A stretch of 63,885 bases of DNA, counting the filler, from Chiloscyllium plagiosum (taxonomy: Eukaryota), in NCBI RefSeq assembly GCF_004010195.1. It is 4 parts of one record of this genome, joined end to end, with 100 filler letters (N's around TTAATTAATTAA, not from the genome) between each part and the next. Parts side by side here need not be neighbours in the genome. Positions count along the whole stretch, not along the records: positions 15,991 to 42,350 come from NC_057717.1; 3 more parts are not named here. One strand, given 5' to 3'. This document shows, in pieces, positions 26,430 to 40,510 of the stretch. Every line of letters starts with the position of its first letter. Positions within the stretch are counted from its first letter, which is position 1. The translations under genes and the position numbers were made by a program. The notes under the pieces were generated by a model that saw nothing but the letters and a program-made list of their open reading frames with translations, made no database searches and was not told where the DNA came from.

Positions 26430-27880
26430 GTTCCACAGGAACACAGCACCCACGTTATCAGAGAACAACCTGCAATGATCGCTGATCCTCTATCTCCACA
26501 CCATATTCCTGCTCTGTTCCCATCCCCTTCGTGTCTAACAATCATTATTTATATTCAGTGCCTTGTCTTCCACAGCCTGATCTGGGACAGAACTCCCCAG
26601 GTTCACCAGTCTCTGAGTGCAGACACTTTTTCTCATCTCAATGCAGAGTGATCTGCCTGTACATAATACTGTGGACCCTTGTTTCAGACGTCCCAGACAG
26701 GGGAATCATCATCCCTGCTTCCATACTGTCTCCTCCGTCAGAGTTTTATATATTTCACTCATTTTCCTACAGCTCATGGAATACAGGTCCAGTCGCCCCA
26801 AACTCTGATCCCACAGCAAACCTGTCATCCCAGAGATCAGTCTGGTCATCCTTCACTGCTCTCCCTCAATGTCATCTTTGTCCTTTATTAGGTAAGGACA
26901 CTAAACCTGCACACAATTCTGCACAATGTTCGAGACGGGGGTCTCACCAAGGCCCTGTACAGCTACTCCTTACTCCTGATCTCCTGAACTCAAAACCCCC
27001 TGAAATGTTGGTCAACACACCACTTATCTTCTTAACTGCTGTCACCGTCCATAATCAAATAATCACAGAAGAATATAATCTGTACTGTCAGAAAAGCAGT
27101 ATGATCTACATTAGTCCCACTTTCTTACATGAGATCTGTAACCATAAATGTTATGATACTTCAAGAACGTTTTAATGGTTGTGCGATTACCCCTCACAAC
27201 TATCTTCTAAGGAAGTTTAATACTAACCCAACACCCTCTGGGTAAAAAAAAAAATCAATCCTCATATCTTCTCTAAACCTCAACCCCTTCACTTTAAAAG
27301 TGTGCTCTCTTGTTCTTGTCCCTTTGACTAAAAGGAGCAGCTGCTGTATAGCCACCCTGTCCATGCCCCTTGTAATCTTACCCTTCTGAATCAAGTCCCC
27401 CTCAGCCTTCTCTGTTCCAATGTAAAAAGCCCGATCTTATCCAGCCTCTTTCCAGAGCTAATATGCTCCATCCCAGGGAACATCCTTATGAATCTCATCT
27501 GCACCCCCTCCAGTGCAATCACATCCTTCCTGTAATGAGGTTCCCAGAACACCACACAGTATTCCATCTGTGGCCGTATCAAAGTTTTGTGTAACTCTTA
27601 TAATCTATGTCTGAACGATTAAAGGCTATGCCGACAGTTGCATGTGACTTCTAAACTAACCTATTACTCTTCCTATTGACATTCAGGGATGTGTGGAGAA
27701 GCACCCTCTGAGCTTCCTTGTGAGCTGCCATTTATAGAGTCCTCCCCTGTCTGGTTCCTTCTTCCAAAGTTCATCACCTCATAGTTATCAGGGGTTACAT
27801 TACATCTGCCATTGCGCTGGCGATCTGATCATACCAGATGTATCTTCCTGTAACATAAAACCTTTCTCCTCACTGTCAAC
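26430..27880 (-). mobile_element. CR1 3' fragments (two copies)
   Basis: IRPQMEYCVVFW.P, EGVQ.RF.RM.PG, QRRLRG. Confidence 0.8.
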
Positions 27881-28369
27881 CACCCGGATAATCTCTGTGC
27901 TCTGGCAGGAGACAGAGAGTACTGGTAGAAAGCTGTTTGTGTGATTGGTGACCAGTCTCCCCTGCGATTCACAGGGACCAGTGATGTGTCCCTTATTATT
28001 TGTGGTGTTTAGAAATGATGTAGATGTGAATGTGGAGTGGTGGGGGGGGGGGGGGGGGTTGGGGGGATGGTGAGAGTGTGTTACAGATGCTGGAATCTGT
28101 ACTGAAACCAACACATGCTGGAGATCACAGTGACTCAGACATCAACCATGGAGAGAGAGAGCACAGAGCCTTTCATCGCCTATATTCTGATACCCTTCAA
28201 ACAAAGCAAACTGAAGTTTTACCTTCCCCCGTTTGTGTATGTTCCTCCCAATACAATTTACTTCATTGTTGTAGGGCTAACTTACTGTATGAATTCTTTA
28301 AAAATCCTCTTGATATCCACCTATACCACATCCACTTGTTCTCCATTGTTTAGATCGACAAGGGACACT

Positions 28370-29700
28370 TCAAGCAAACGTTTTGTAAATGTTGCCTTCC
28401 CTTTCAGAAATCTAGCATCATTCTCTCGACGTTTCCTATAACATTCCAAGTGTCCAATATTACATTCTTAAGAATAAATTCCGACAGATTCCCCACTGTG
28501 AAAAATAAGTTTACTGGTCTGTGGTTCACCATTCTCCCTCTTCTTCACTTTGTAAATCCTTAGAATGCATTTAAACCTTCCAAATTGAATACATAAAAAT
28601 ACAATGATTCTCAATGCAATTATTATGTCCATTTCTGTTTTCTCTGAAATTCTGGTGTGAAGTACATTTGATCTGTCAGACTTATCAATATCAATACTGA
28701 AAGACAGTTTTCACTGATATGGATGATTTTAGTCTTTAGTTACACAAGTCCCATGGTCACTTGGTATTCCCGGGAGATTTTCTGGACCTTCCTCCGTGAA
28801 GACAGATATAAAGTAAGTGGTTAGTTTCCCTATCATTTTTCTGTTCTCCACAATAAATTATCCTGTCCACACATTCACTCTTCCACATTTGACCTTGCTT
28901 TTATTTTCCTTTCAAATATTCAGAGGTTTTTCGTCAGTCTTATTGTTTCTGGTTAGTTTGTATTGCTGCTCTCTTTATAATTTACTTATTAGTTTATCAG
29001 CCCCATTTTGTTGCGTCCACAATTTCAATGAATCCACAATAGATGACCCTTCTCTAACGCACTTCCATCGATCTAATGCAATTCTTAACTTCTTTTGTTC
29101 ACCATGTTGGGTCACCTTTCACTTTTGTGATTTATGCCTTGGAGGTATATATGTATATTGTAGACCTTACAGTGTTTCTGTAAAAAGCAGACATTTTCTG
29201 TCTTTCATTAAGTCACTTTAATGTACTTTTCAAATTCCCTAAAGCCAAGTTTATTCTCGTATCTTAATGGCTTGCACGACTCAGGTGTATGCTCTTAATA
29301 TAAGAAAAAGAAAATGCTTGTATTCAGACGTCATGTAAAATTCAATATATTAAGATCACTGTTCCCCAAAACTCCTCTACAGTAAAGTCTTCTATTTGCT
29401 CTTCTGATCACACAACACCAACTCCAAAATTGCCTGATCAACAGCTCGGTGCTCAATATACTACTAAAGCAACCCGTCTCAGACATGCTAATGAAATCCA
29501 TTTTCCCAGCATTAAAATTCACTTGGGTAAACACTGGTGAGATGTAGCTTGAAGCTGTCCATTATTACTGCAGTACTCACAACCTGTATGTCTAATTTCC
29601 TGTTTTATAGCATACACAACCTTTGTATTGCAGCTTTCACTTTGAAACATAACTCTCTTGAAGGTTTGCTTCTCCTTGCTGTTTCTAAGAATCACCTTAC
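28370..29700 (-). mobile_element. Very old CR1 ORF2 fragment (endonuclease-linker region)
   Basis: LGNSD.N...F motif and CR1-like composition. Confidence 0.5.
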
Positions 29701-30094
29701 CAGTATCTGTGGAACCTGAGTGACGTGGGGTCTGGCGAGGTTAATGGTAGATTCAGACAAAATGTTTGGCGAGGCATATCTTAACATGGTTATTATCTCA
29801 CCACATCGTACCCGTTCTTGTCAAGCGTCATTCTGAGATTTTCTCCAGATCTCCCGTTATGCTGGTGGAATAGAGAAGGACAATGAACTTTTAGCAAAAC
29901 TGTGTATTCCCCAGACAGCTGAGACTGCTCTAACCTGGGTGGGAACTTTACAGCAAAGTGTTGCTGCTGTACAGGGCCTTAGTGAGATCACATCTGGAGT
30001 AGTGCACACAGATTTAATCTCCTCACTGGGGAAAGGATGTTGGAATGAACTCAAAGATTGTTCCCTAAGCTGATTTCTGCAACGAAGGTGTAAA

Positions 30095-30392
30095 CCATAA
30101 AATCCCTGCAATGTGGAAGCAGGCCATTTGAATCATCGACTCCACACTGATCCTGCGAAGACCATCCCATCTAATCCCACCACCCACCCCACCCAATCTT
30201 GTAACCTGGCATTTTCCATGACTGATGCACCTGGCCTCCGCATCCCCGAATGATATGGGTAATTTAGCTTGGCCAATCCACCTTATCTGCACATCTTGGG
30301 ACTGTGGGACGAAACTGAATACTGAAATTGTACTAGGATCTCTGGTGCAGTGAGGCAGCAGTGCTAACCTCTGAGCTATCCAGTGTGGGCAG
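30095..30392 (-). mobile_element. HE1 SINE inserted in G3 exon 2
   Basis: gtgaggcagcagtgctaacc head, tgcacatcttgggactgtggga V-domain. Confidence 0.85.
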
Positions 30393-31069
30393 CACAACTT
30401 GCCTGCATAGTTCAGCACTTGAAAAGTGACATTTCAGCATGGAGATTCCATCAGTCCCCAAACCTGTCATTGAGCAACAGGAGGTGGAAATTGAGATCTT
30501 CAGCGGCTTGGTCAGAAACAGGAGCAGGACACGCAAGTCCACTGAGACTACAATGTAAGAATAGCAGGAAGTGTAAAGCAGGAACAGACTGAACCCGATC
30601 AGACACTCATGCCTCTTACGCAGCAATTGGAGCAGATCTTTTACAGCCTTGTGCCCGTTACACAGGAATTGTGAAAGGAAACATAAAGGTTATAGAAAGG
30701 GAAGGACTTAGAATAACCAGCTTCACTGGGGAATGAAAAGTAGTGAGAAAACTTTTGGGATTGAAGACACATTATTATAATCCGTTATGAAGGTATAAAT
30801 AACAGGAGATTTCCAACATCAAGCCACAATCCAGCACAGTCAACATAGGTTTATGAAGGATAAATCATGTTTGAATGATTTGACTAACTTTCTTTAAATA
30901 AAACGTAACAAGCAAGGTGGATAATAGGGATCCTATAGATGTATTACAGCTGGACTTCCAGATATCAGTGCATAACGTGCGTCGCAAAAGATTAATATGC
31001 AAGACAAGACCACATGGTGTTAGGAACAATTTACTTGCTCGAGGAGAGGATTAGCTAGCCAGTAAAAGC

Positions 31070-31960
31070 CATGTTATGGAGCCGCTGGTTTTGGACTGAG
31101 TGGGACAAGATCAAAAATCAAACGACACTAGGTTAGTGTCCAATGGGTTTATTTATATTTATTTATAAACACAATGTTTTATTGCGCTGTTCCTTCATAG
31201 GTGTAAGAGAGAGGAAGACCTTAAACACAGAAGTTTTACGCACATGAATTGGACACACCTAAGATGGCTCTTAAATACTTAATCAGTTAGAATGGAGGTG
31301 CAAGTTTGATTGATTATTCTGCAAATCGCAGAATTTATTTCAAGTCACTGCCTGGAGATAACTTCAGGTAAATGAAGTAACGCTTGCGGTCAGGCAATGT
31401 ATTCTAAGCGTGAGGCCTTGTTTGGACGCTGTCTGCGTCTTCACCTGGAGTCAGACTGGTTTTATTTACAAAGTAGAAGTTTATAAAATATCACATTGAC
31501 TGACTGTCTACAAATTGTACGTATTTGGAAAAAAAAATAAAATGCATTTGCAAATACAAATGGTCAAATGCAAGTTCAACCCGACAAATGGTCAAATGCA
31601 AGTTCAACCCGCAGATTTATATGTGCATACGTGTGTGTGCGTAAGTAGGAGAGAGGGGCGTGTCTGTGTGAAGGGGAGAGATAGGAAGAGTGAGAGAGAG
31701 AGACACTGTGTGTACGTGAGAGAGAGTGAGAGCGTGTGTGTGTGAGTGCAGGATGTCGAGAGCGAGGCTGTGTGCGCATGCGTGCTTGTGACAGAGCGGA
31801 GTGCGCAAATGCGCATGTGAGAGATGGAGAGTGAGAATATGTGTGTGGAACGGATAGGGAGGGTGTGCATCAGTGTATGTAAGCGGAAGAGTGAGAGTAT
31901 GTGTTTGTCCAGACGAAAAACACATACAGATACAACAAATCCCTTCCCCACACACACTCA
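31070..31960 (-). mobile_element. Penelope 3' region with (GT/GA)n microsatellite
   Basis: Reverse-complement similarity to 33780-34515; includes a perfect 28-bp tandem duplication at 31556-31611. Confidence 0.65.
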
Positions 31961-32399
31961 CTCCGTGTTTTCAGAGTGTCATCTCTATGCAGTCTCTGCT
32001 CCATTTGGTGTTCATGTTACAGACCCAGATGCAGTAATACAGTCCCCATGCTCCATCCAGAGTGTTGCAAATCCAGAGGTCAGCAAATCCTCAGATCTCC
32101 CTGGATGTCTGACACAGCTCACAGCACAACCTCCAGCAAACCATCCTTAGCCCCGCCACTAACTTTTCAATAATAAGAGTTAGTCACAAGCCCCTCAGCT
32201 ACAAGTTAGATGTCTGTTCCTTAACAATTGTACTCTAAGTTTTCCCTCATGTTACAGACGCATGATCAACTGAGAGAGACAAACAGAGGCGTTCCATGGG
32301 CAGGCGCATACCAAGTTTCAAACGCGTGACTCAGAGCTTACTGGAACACCCCTGTCCATGGAATACGATATGGGACACAATGGGAAGTGAACAACAGCC

Positions 32400-33225
32400 T
32401 GAAACACACCATCTCAATGGTTCTGAGCTTCACAATGCCAGCAATCGATACAGGAGGAAATCAAAAATTACGGCGAGGGAAAGATACAGAAAAAAAACAA
32501 ATAATTTATTAACTGATAACTTGCTGAAAATATGGATAAGGAGATGGGGTGATTGGCATAACGGAATAAGTGACACAATGGTCGGTCCAATCCCAGGAAA
32601 GCAAACATTGAATAGAGACATTGCCGTATCCACTAGAATGCTCCATTGCCTCAAATTCTGAATCTGCTTCACAGAACCAGCCCAGACACCATAAACCTGG
32701 GTAAGGTAACGGCTAAGATGGAGAGCTGTACAGGCCGTGCTAGTGGATTACTCAATAAAATGGACTATCTGCACAGCAGGGGAAGCATTGCAAACCTTTG
32801 CCAGGATATTGCAACACTCTACCACCACCCTCTGCCTCCTACCTTTGAGCCAGTTTTGTATCCAAAATGCTTTCATATGAACCAACCTTGGTATAAAGAT
32901 GACCATACACAATGTTATTCAATGCCTTAGTGAAGTCCGTATTGACAATGTACACCACTCTATCTCAATCTTTTTAGTCGCTTGTTCAAACAAATCTCAG
33001 TCAAGTCAGTGAGACACCATATTGCCTGCACAAAGTCACGTTGACTATCCCTAATTAGTCGTTACCTTTCAAAATGCGTGAAAATCCAATGACTCATAAT
33101 TCCCTCCAACAACTTACCCACCACTGACGTCAGGCTCATTAACTTTTCCTTATTACCCTTCTTAAATCCTTTAAGTAATGGCACCACGTAGCCACCCTCC
33201 AGTCTTCCGACACTTTACCTGCAAC
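32400..33225 (-). mobile_element. CR1 RT fragment
   Basis: Reverse complement of QHDFV.., VGKLLEG and EDWRVA.V motifs. Confidence 0.7.
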
Positions 33226-33229
33226 ACAT

Positions 33230-34515
33230 TATCAATGAGGATGAGCACCTCACCAAGGCCTTCCCCACACCTCCACTATTTGCCTTTAAATAACCGCCAA
33301 ACCTCAAACAGATCGTTGTTCGTAGCAAACTGCCCGGCTCTCAGGGCAACTCCATACAACCCTGTCACGGTGGATGCTGCAAGCCGTGTCAGAGTGTGGA
33401 CATAGGTACCACTATTTCGCGTGGGAACAACTCCGACCTTGTACATGGCAGGTACTCATGTGACTCAGCCAACGTTGTCTATCTTATACGTTGCAGGCAA
33501 GGATGCCCGGAAGTATGGTACATTGGGGAAACCGAGCAAAGGATACAACAATGGATGAATGGGCACCGCACAACAATCAACAGACAGGAGGGTTTCCTCC
33601 CAGTTGGGGAACACTTCAGTGGTCCAGGACATTCAGCCTCAGACCTTCGGGTGACCATGCTCCAAGGTGGGCTTCAGGACAGGCAGCAGAGAAAAGTAGC
33701 CGAGCAGAGGATGATAGCTAAGTTCGGTACCCATAGGGAGGTCCTCAACCGCGACCTGGGTTCATGTCACATTATAGGTGACCACCATTGCACTATATAC
33801 ACACACACTCACGGATACTTCCACACACACACACACTCACATACACACGGACACACGTACACACAGACGCGCATACAGACACGCACACACACCCTTACAG
33901 ACAAACACACTCCCACACTCACACATGCACCCCCTCACAGACCTAAGACACTCTGCACTCACTACACACACATACACTTTCTCACACACAGACAGACACA
34001 CACACAGACAGACAAAGACCCACAGGCACACATATATTTTGTGGGGTGAATTTGTATTTTCAGGGTTACATTGTACTTTGCTCAAAAACTGCATGCATTC
34101 ATGTAGAACTCTGAGCTCAAAAACTGCATGAGTTTATGTAAAACTCCGTTATCTCACTTTTTAGATTAGAATGAATCTAAACAGTACGGAATAGACAAAG
34201 AACACAGGGGGCCAACACCTTCAACATGTTGTCTAGCTATCACCATTGTTAACAGCTAACCCGACAGTGCAACTTTGTAAAACAGGTTTTGTGATTTACA
34301 CATGAAAGAAGTGAAACTATCACTGTATTCTTACAGATGAAAGGATTAACAGACAATCAAATTTTCAATGTATACTTTCAGTGACATCACACTGTAAACT
34401 TTTGCTATAAATTCTGTGTTAAGATTGAGCCCTCCACTATCACCTGATGAAGGAGCGTTGCTCCGAAAGCTAGTGTGCTTCCAATTAAACCTGTTAGACT
34501 ATAACCTGGTGTTGT
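33230..34515 (+). mobile_element. Penelope-like element 3' part: GIY-YIG endonuclease, (CA)n tract, terminal repeat
   Basis: NVVYLIRCRQGCPEVWYIGETEQR..MNGHR, PVGEHFSGPGH, LNRDLG; ends cctgatgaaggagcg..ccgaaagctagtg..ctataacctggtgttgtg. Confidence 0.92.
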
Positions 34516-34559
34516 GTGGGGTGGCCAGCAGAGGGTGATATTGTATGGATCTAATCATA

Positions 34560-34900
34560 AAACTCACTGGCTTGCACTGGTGCCTCACAGCGCCAGGCAC
34601 CCGTGCTCGATTGCACCCTGTAGCGACTGTCTGTGCGGTGTTTCCCATTCTCACTCTGTCTGCTTGGGTTTCCATTGGGTGTTCTGGTTTCCACCCACAT
34701 TCCAACAATGTGGATGTTATGTGAATCGGACATGCTAAATTGTCCATAGAGCCCAGGGATGTGTAGGTTAGGGGGAATAGACAGGGGTTAACGTAGGATA
34801 TCATTTGAACTGGTCTGGGTGGGTTACTCTTCGAAGGGCCAGTGTGTACCTCCCGGATCGAATGGTCTGTTTCCACACTGTAGCGATTGTATGAACTCTA
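34560..34900 (+). mobile_element. HE1 SINE
   Basis: tgcctcacagcgccagg head, V-domain, tgtttccacactgtag tail. Confidence 0.85.
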
Positions 34901-36886
34901 TCATGAACAACAGGGACAGACAGAGAGAGAGGATGAGGGAGACTTTCATTCCAATTTCATTCTATTTACTTCAAAACAACATTGCACAGCAATGCAGACA
35001 GAGGTACACACAAACTGAGATTCTGCCACGAACACACATAACACATGCACACAGAGATATGCACGTAGATATGGACATTTAAACACGAACATAACCCAAC
35101 ATAACAGCACACTCTGTCTCTAATACAGAGAAATAATAACTTTTTTTTATTACCAAGTTATCAATGGTCGGTCGGAGAAGACAGGAGAATGGGATTCAGA
35201 AATATTTTTGCCGCAATCAAACGTCATGGCAGACTAAATGGGCTGAATGGCCTAATTCTACTCCAGGGTTCATTGCTCATATGATCTTGTGGTGCCTGGA
35301 ATTGTCTTTCCACAAAGTCAGTGGAGGCTGAATGGTAAGTATTTGATTGAGGAGAGTTAATGGGAATGTGGAGAGGTTTGAGGGGCTGAGTGGGCGATAT
35401 CTGTTTCGAATTGTCGACTCCTTAGAGTGGGGATTGGTTTGAGGGGAACACATTTTGGGGATTAAGGGCATTCCCATTTCTTCCTGGGACAGGGATGATC
35501 GTTTTTCTTTTGGGTTGTTTGATCTGTGATGTTCTCATGGCCAAGGAGCAGTGAAGACTGGGTTACTGAAAACATTCATGGTGGAGTTCCATAGATCTTT
35601 GATGATCAACAGAATCCATGTTGATTGGGAACAGACAGGAAGGGGATGTTTAGTTACAATCACATCAACAATGCACATTATGAATGGTGCAGCAGGTGCG
35701 AGGGGCTGAATGGCCAGCTGCTGGACCTAACCCATGTGTTTTTCTCTCAAGCAATCGGTAATATTACAGAGGTAAAGGAAGATTACATTCAGCCAGTCAG
35801 CATCGTTATAATGAGACAGGAGGAGACCAGTCTGTCCTCTAAGGGTTTACGAAGGAATAGATTGATGTCATTCAGCCCGCTAAGTACATTTCACAGCATA
35901 AATGAAGCCATCCAACGTTTCCAGTCTGCTGCCCAGCAACAGGGGAAACTTGGCTAGCTATCAGGGAATAACGATTTGGGATAAATGGTTATTTTCAGGT
36001 TGAAAAGTTGTAACTTGGTGGAGTGCCTCAGAGATCAATGTGAGATTATCAACTACTTACAATCTATACCAATGATTTGGATGAGGGGACTGATTGGAGT
36101 GGACCTCAGTTAGCTCATTCACCAAGATAGTAATTTAGCTGGATATGGAGACTCTGCAGTGGGAAACAGACAGGGGAAGTTATGAGCAACTCTTTGGCAG
36201 AAAATAGTATAATGTGTGGTAAAGGAAATCAGTGCTGTGTTGAACAGAAAAAATACCAGTAACCTACTTGAATGGAGAAACATCGTACCATTTGCCAGCA
36301 TTAGACCCATAACCATCGAAACCCTTCCTATTCATATACCCAACCATTGTCTCTTAAATGTTGTATTTGTACCAGCCTCCACCACTTTCCCTGCCAGCTC
36401 GTTCCATACACGCACTACCCTCTGCGTAAAATAGTTATCCTTCAGGTATCTTCTTAATCTTTTCCCTCTCAACTTAACTCACTACCCTGTCGTTTGGACT
36501 CCTCCAGCCTTGGAAAATAACCTTGGCTCTTCCCCGCATCCGTGCCCCTCATGGCCTCTACAAGGTCAGAGCACTTCAAGCCTAAGGATGAAAGATGTTC
36601 ATATTGAACCATATAAGCCCGCGAGGAGAGTGTATTGGGGCGTAGCTCATGGATAAGAGAATAAAGCTTAGCATTCAGTTTTAGAAAGCAACATATTCAT
36701 TTTAACATAGGTACTATGAGGACATGAATTTATTGTACAAATATTATGCAGACACATATAAACATAACTTCAAGTTATAAATTACAAATCATTCCAAAAT
36801 GGAGCAGATAACAGGAATGGAGTCATGCAATCAGGGGAATGTTCAACCAGACCTGATATATGGTTTTCGGATTACATTATTGCATG

Positions 36887-36974
36887 TTTCAGATCAGGCA
36901 AGGAGAAAATGTAACCTGTCGTAGAAGCAATTTCAGATCAGGCAAGGAGAAAATGTAACCTGTCGTAGAAGCAA
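36887..36974 (+). repeat. Perfect 44-bp tandem duplication
   Basis: tttcagatcaggcaaggagaaaatgtaacctgtcgtagaagcaa x2. Confidence 0.95.
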
Positions 36975-38449
36975 ACGGTCATTGTTCTATCTCTCCTTGA
37001 ACTTCTCTACAGCAACATATGAGAGCTGAAAACCGATTAGCCATCTTTAGCACTCTTTGAGGGTTCCTGTTGAGGATTCACTGGAATCTCTCCACTCCCC
37101 GCAGAAAAGGGAATTCAGCCAAATCCAACTGTTCCAGGAAGAAACCTCAGTGCTAGCAGTTTCTGTGAGGGGGAATAACTTCAGAGGCAGAATAACAATG
37201 GACCATATTCAATTTTGCTTTGTCATGAAATCAACTGTTATTTGGACAATGTGTGTGTATGTGTGTGTATGTGTGCGCGTTTCTGTGTCTCAGATTTATA
37301 GAAAAATAAATGTTAATGTACATATTGTCAATGTCCAAACTGTATATCATTTATGTATCCATTGTAATTCGAATAACTTTGCTTTGGTTTTGGATTACTT
37401 ATTTTTTGAAATTAAAGAAACCTGTCTGACATGTTCCTAACATTGAACCTGACTCAGTATGAGACGGATATCAGTTACCACATTACACACTTGGTTACAC
37501 TGATAATTTGTTGTGACATCTCGAGGAGTGGGACTATAAAAAGCAACAATGAATCTCTAACCTCGGTTGGAACAGGAATAAGGAGAAATTCTCACAAGGC
37601 CATTGAGTGGGAATTTTCTACCCTATAGGTTTGTGGCACCTGTGTGTTTGCATTTATTCAAAGGTGTGTTAGTTAAATATTTGACGGGAAAGTGAATTAA
37701 GGAAAATGAACTGCAGATAGGAATGTGGGGCTGAGACTACAATCAGATCAGCCATAACCTTAGTGCCTGCGGGGTCAGGGACCCACTCCAGTTCCTCAGT
37801 CTTTCTTTCCCCCATTCCATTCAGCCCCTCAGTCTGCTACACAGGAGCAGTTGAAGACCACTTGTTCCTACTACCTGGTGCATAGAAACAGAGGAGACCA
37901 TTCAGCCCCTCAATACAGATATGATTTGGTGTGGATTGGAAAACGTTCTTGAGAAAAGAGTGGGTGTTACTGTGAAACAGTCCCCTCCTCTCTCTTTAAA
38001 AAAGTTCCCCGGTTCCATTTATTTGTCATTTTGTAGACCTAGATTCACAGTGATTACAGCTCCCATACTGTACACAAAATCCTCTGGTCTCTTTGACTAC
38101 AATATTCCTTCACAGGACTTGCAGAAAAATAACAACAATGAAACTTCCAATAACAGAATGCAAGAACATAAGAAGCACGATAGGTCATTCAGCTCCTACA
38201 GCCTGCCTTTCCCTTTAATAGGGTCATGGCTGATCTGCTCTAGGCCCAACTCCCGCAGTGCCTGACGTGTGAAACATCCATCCATCCCTGTATTTCAAGT
38301 ACCTCAGTAATCTATCTCCTCTCTGGAATAGAGACGTGCCGACGGTGACTACCCTCTGTGAGAAAGAAACACACCACACACATACACTGTGACCTTCTGA
38401 CATCAACGAAATATATGAACACCACGAAAGAATGACTGGCACTGTTAAC

Positions 38450-38830
38450 AAGGCAGTATTTGACTGATGATGGTATCAAGTAAACTGAAGAAAATGGAAC
38501 TTTATGGAGATTAGGAGGAATCTCCCTACAGATTGGAGAGTTTCAGCACAAAGAGGATGGCTGTGGTACTTGAATATCCACCACCTCAGTCCCGGGACAA
38601 CTCTGCGGGAGATCCACAGCACAAGCATTCTCAATTTCTCCTCAATGTCTTTCGCCCCATCATAAGCTCAGAGGTGGGGAAGGTCAATGAAGATCTCACA
38701 ATGTTTAGAATAATGTGTCCTCGCCTCAGCTCTTGTAGCAGTCTGTATCCATATGCAGCAAGACCTAGGCAGCATTCAGGCTTGTGCTGTTAAAATGTCG
38801 GTAACATTCATGTAACAGTACTGCTGGACA
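38450..38830 (+). mobile_element. RT fragment of the 1240-3480 LINE family
   Basis: Similar to 2390-2830. Confidence 0.6.
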
Positions 38831-38844
38831 CTGTGCATTACACT

Positions 38845-39105
38845 GTAAAGGGAAGAGCTCATTCAGCACCTCAAGCTCACTTCACAGGAATGTGAGGAGG
38901 CCATTCAGCCAATCAACACTATTGGATAAGAATAGGGATAGCCCATTCATCCCTCCTGCCTATTACACAGGAAAAGAAAAAGTCAAACACATTGCGCTGT
39001 TAAACAGGAACCAGGGATTGCCCAATCAGGCCCTTGAGCTTCTCCTCTGACACCAGGAGGCGGCCATTCAGCCCCTCAAGCCCCTTGTACAGAAATAGGA
39101 GGATG
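38845..39105 (+). repeat. Decayed minisatellite of ~40-55-bp units built on (agg)ccattcagcccctcaag
   Basis: Motif recurs about five times; also at 37815-37915 and in reverse at 59190-59390. Confidence 0.6.
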
Positions 39106-39809
39106 TTATCGACGCCCCAATAAGACAAACCAATGAATCAGAGACTGCACGGATAGACTGCTCCATGCTGTTCCACCTGGCTCCATTGCTAATGGTACAC
39201 AATTGATATATCAGCGTGGTTTGATGACGGTGAAGAGGGAAGACAAAATGTTTCAAGTGAAGTCTCAAAGAAGCATCTTTCATCTCTGAGAAAGTAGCCT
39301 GGTGTTCTCTATGGAGGGCAGAAGCTATTGGGAATGGCTAACTTCTTCTGAAGTAAGGCATTGTAACTGCTGACAGATTTGTGAACAATGTGACGCTCAG
39401 TGCAGGGTCATACACCAACTTAACATTGAGGTGGTGAGAGTTCGGTCAGCGCCTGAAGCTCTCTCCCAACCAACATGGTAGCTCCACAGAGCTACATAAA
39501 CATCCAAGAAGCACGTATCATGGGGAAAAATGCAATTTCTCATGCCACCAATGTTTTTAAATGGAAATAATGTGTGTTCATCCATGATCTTCAAGTTTCA
39601 ATGCGGTCACCGCTTATTCTCTCACCATGCTACAAATTAAGCATTCATTTCCGTCACAATCGCTTCATGTTACCATCATCCCAGAGATTATTGTGACAAA
39701 ATAGCTTTGCACTGCCCCTGTGACAAGGCGATCGTTGATTTATATAGGAGAGAAAGTCTGTCCACAATAGCCCAAATACTGCCTCAACAACACTCCACAA
39801 CTCCGACAA

Positions 39810-40510
39810 ATGATTCATTTTGTAATGAAGGCTGCCATTTCATTTTCTGTCCTGATTAATGGATGCTCTGCATGAATTCTGTTCATGGCTTTTTTCCAAG
39901 GACATCCAGATCCTTTTTGCCAAAAGCACTTCCTAAACTCTCACCTTCTAATAATTACATGAAAAGGACCGTATGTGTTGTTCACATTCAAATCACTTCT
40001 TTGTGTTACAAATAGCGGTGTTCCACGCACTGGTGCATGTGATACCCAATCCGTCGTGGCCTTCAATCCAAAGGAGGACCCTAGTCTCTGTGTTTTCTAC
40101 ATCATCCAATTCTCAATCCATGTAGGATATCTCCCACTTACCCAAGGACTGTAACGATATTCACTCACCTGTGTGCAACAGTGTCAACCTTCTCCTGAAA
40201 ATTTAAATACACCGTCCCCACCAGTTCTCACTCGTCGATGTGACAACCAATATCCTCCATAAACTCCAGTACCTTTTTCAAAGGTAGTTTTCCTGTCCAG
40301 AATCCACGTGGACGCTGCTCAATCATATCATTGTTCTCCAATGATCTATTTATGATTAATTATAAAAATTGCTCATAGTTTCCTCACTAATGACATAAAC
40401 CTATCCCCCAGTTGGTTTTTGTTTACACCCGCTGTCCTGTTGTAAATATGTGTGGTCGTAATAGCTGCTTTCCAGACTGCAGTATACTTTACAGAATCTA
40501 TGGAGCTTTG
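39810..40510 (-). mobile_element. Old CR1 RT fragment
   Basis: Degenerate GVPQGSVLGP.LF-like DNA at ~40000-40050. Confidence 0.5.

Larger units (their letters stand above)
18100..32144 (-). pseudogene. TAS1R: G3: six-exon TAS1R/T1R-like pseudogene shattered by repeats
   Basis: ex1 ~31970-32144 (ATG at 32144; HGDCITA). ex2 ~30390-30560 (AAEDLNFHLLLLNDRFG ~ AVEEINNS..LLPN.TLG) and ~29860-29950 (PTQVRAVSAVWG). ex3 pieces ~29735-29790 (RYASPNILSE), 27880-28035 (SFLNTTNNK, QGRL), 26135-26330 and 25340-25560 (IPGLAENIEG..LGFADQLVPGI). ex4 ~22905-23140. ex5 ~22690-22820. ex6 3' part 18100-18410 (DGKYL/PA, GG*LMR*). Confidence 0.75.

Noticed and set aside
26531..27175. 214-aa plus-strand ORF
   Set aside because: Antisense to decayed CR1 3' fragments; no recognisable domain.
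33396..34049. 217-aa ORF with a His/Thr-rich tail as a host gene
   Set aside because: Penelope GIY-YIG running into a (CA)n microsatellite.
38845..39105. Repeat-spacer-like pattern suggestive of CRISPR
   Set aside because: Vertebrate DNA, degenerate repeats, spacers related to each other and no cas genes.
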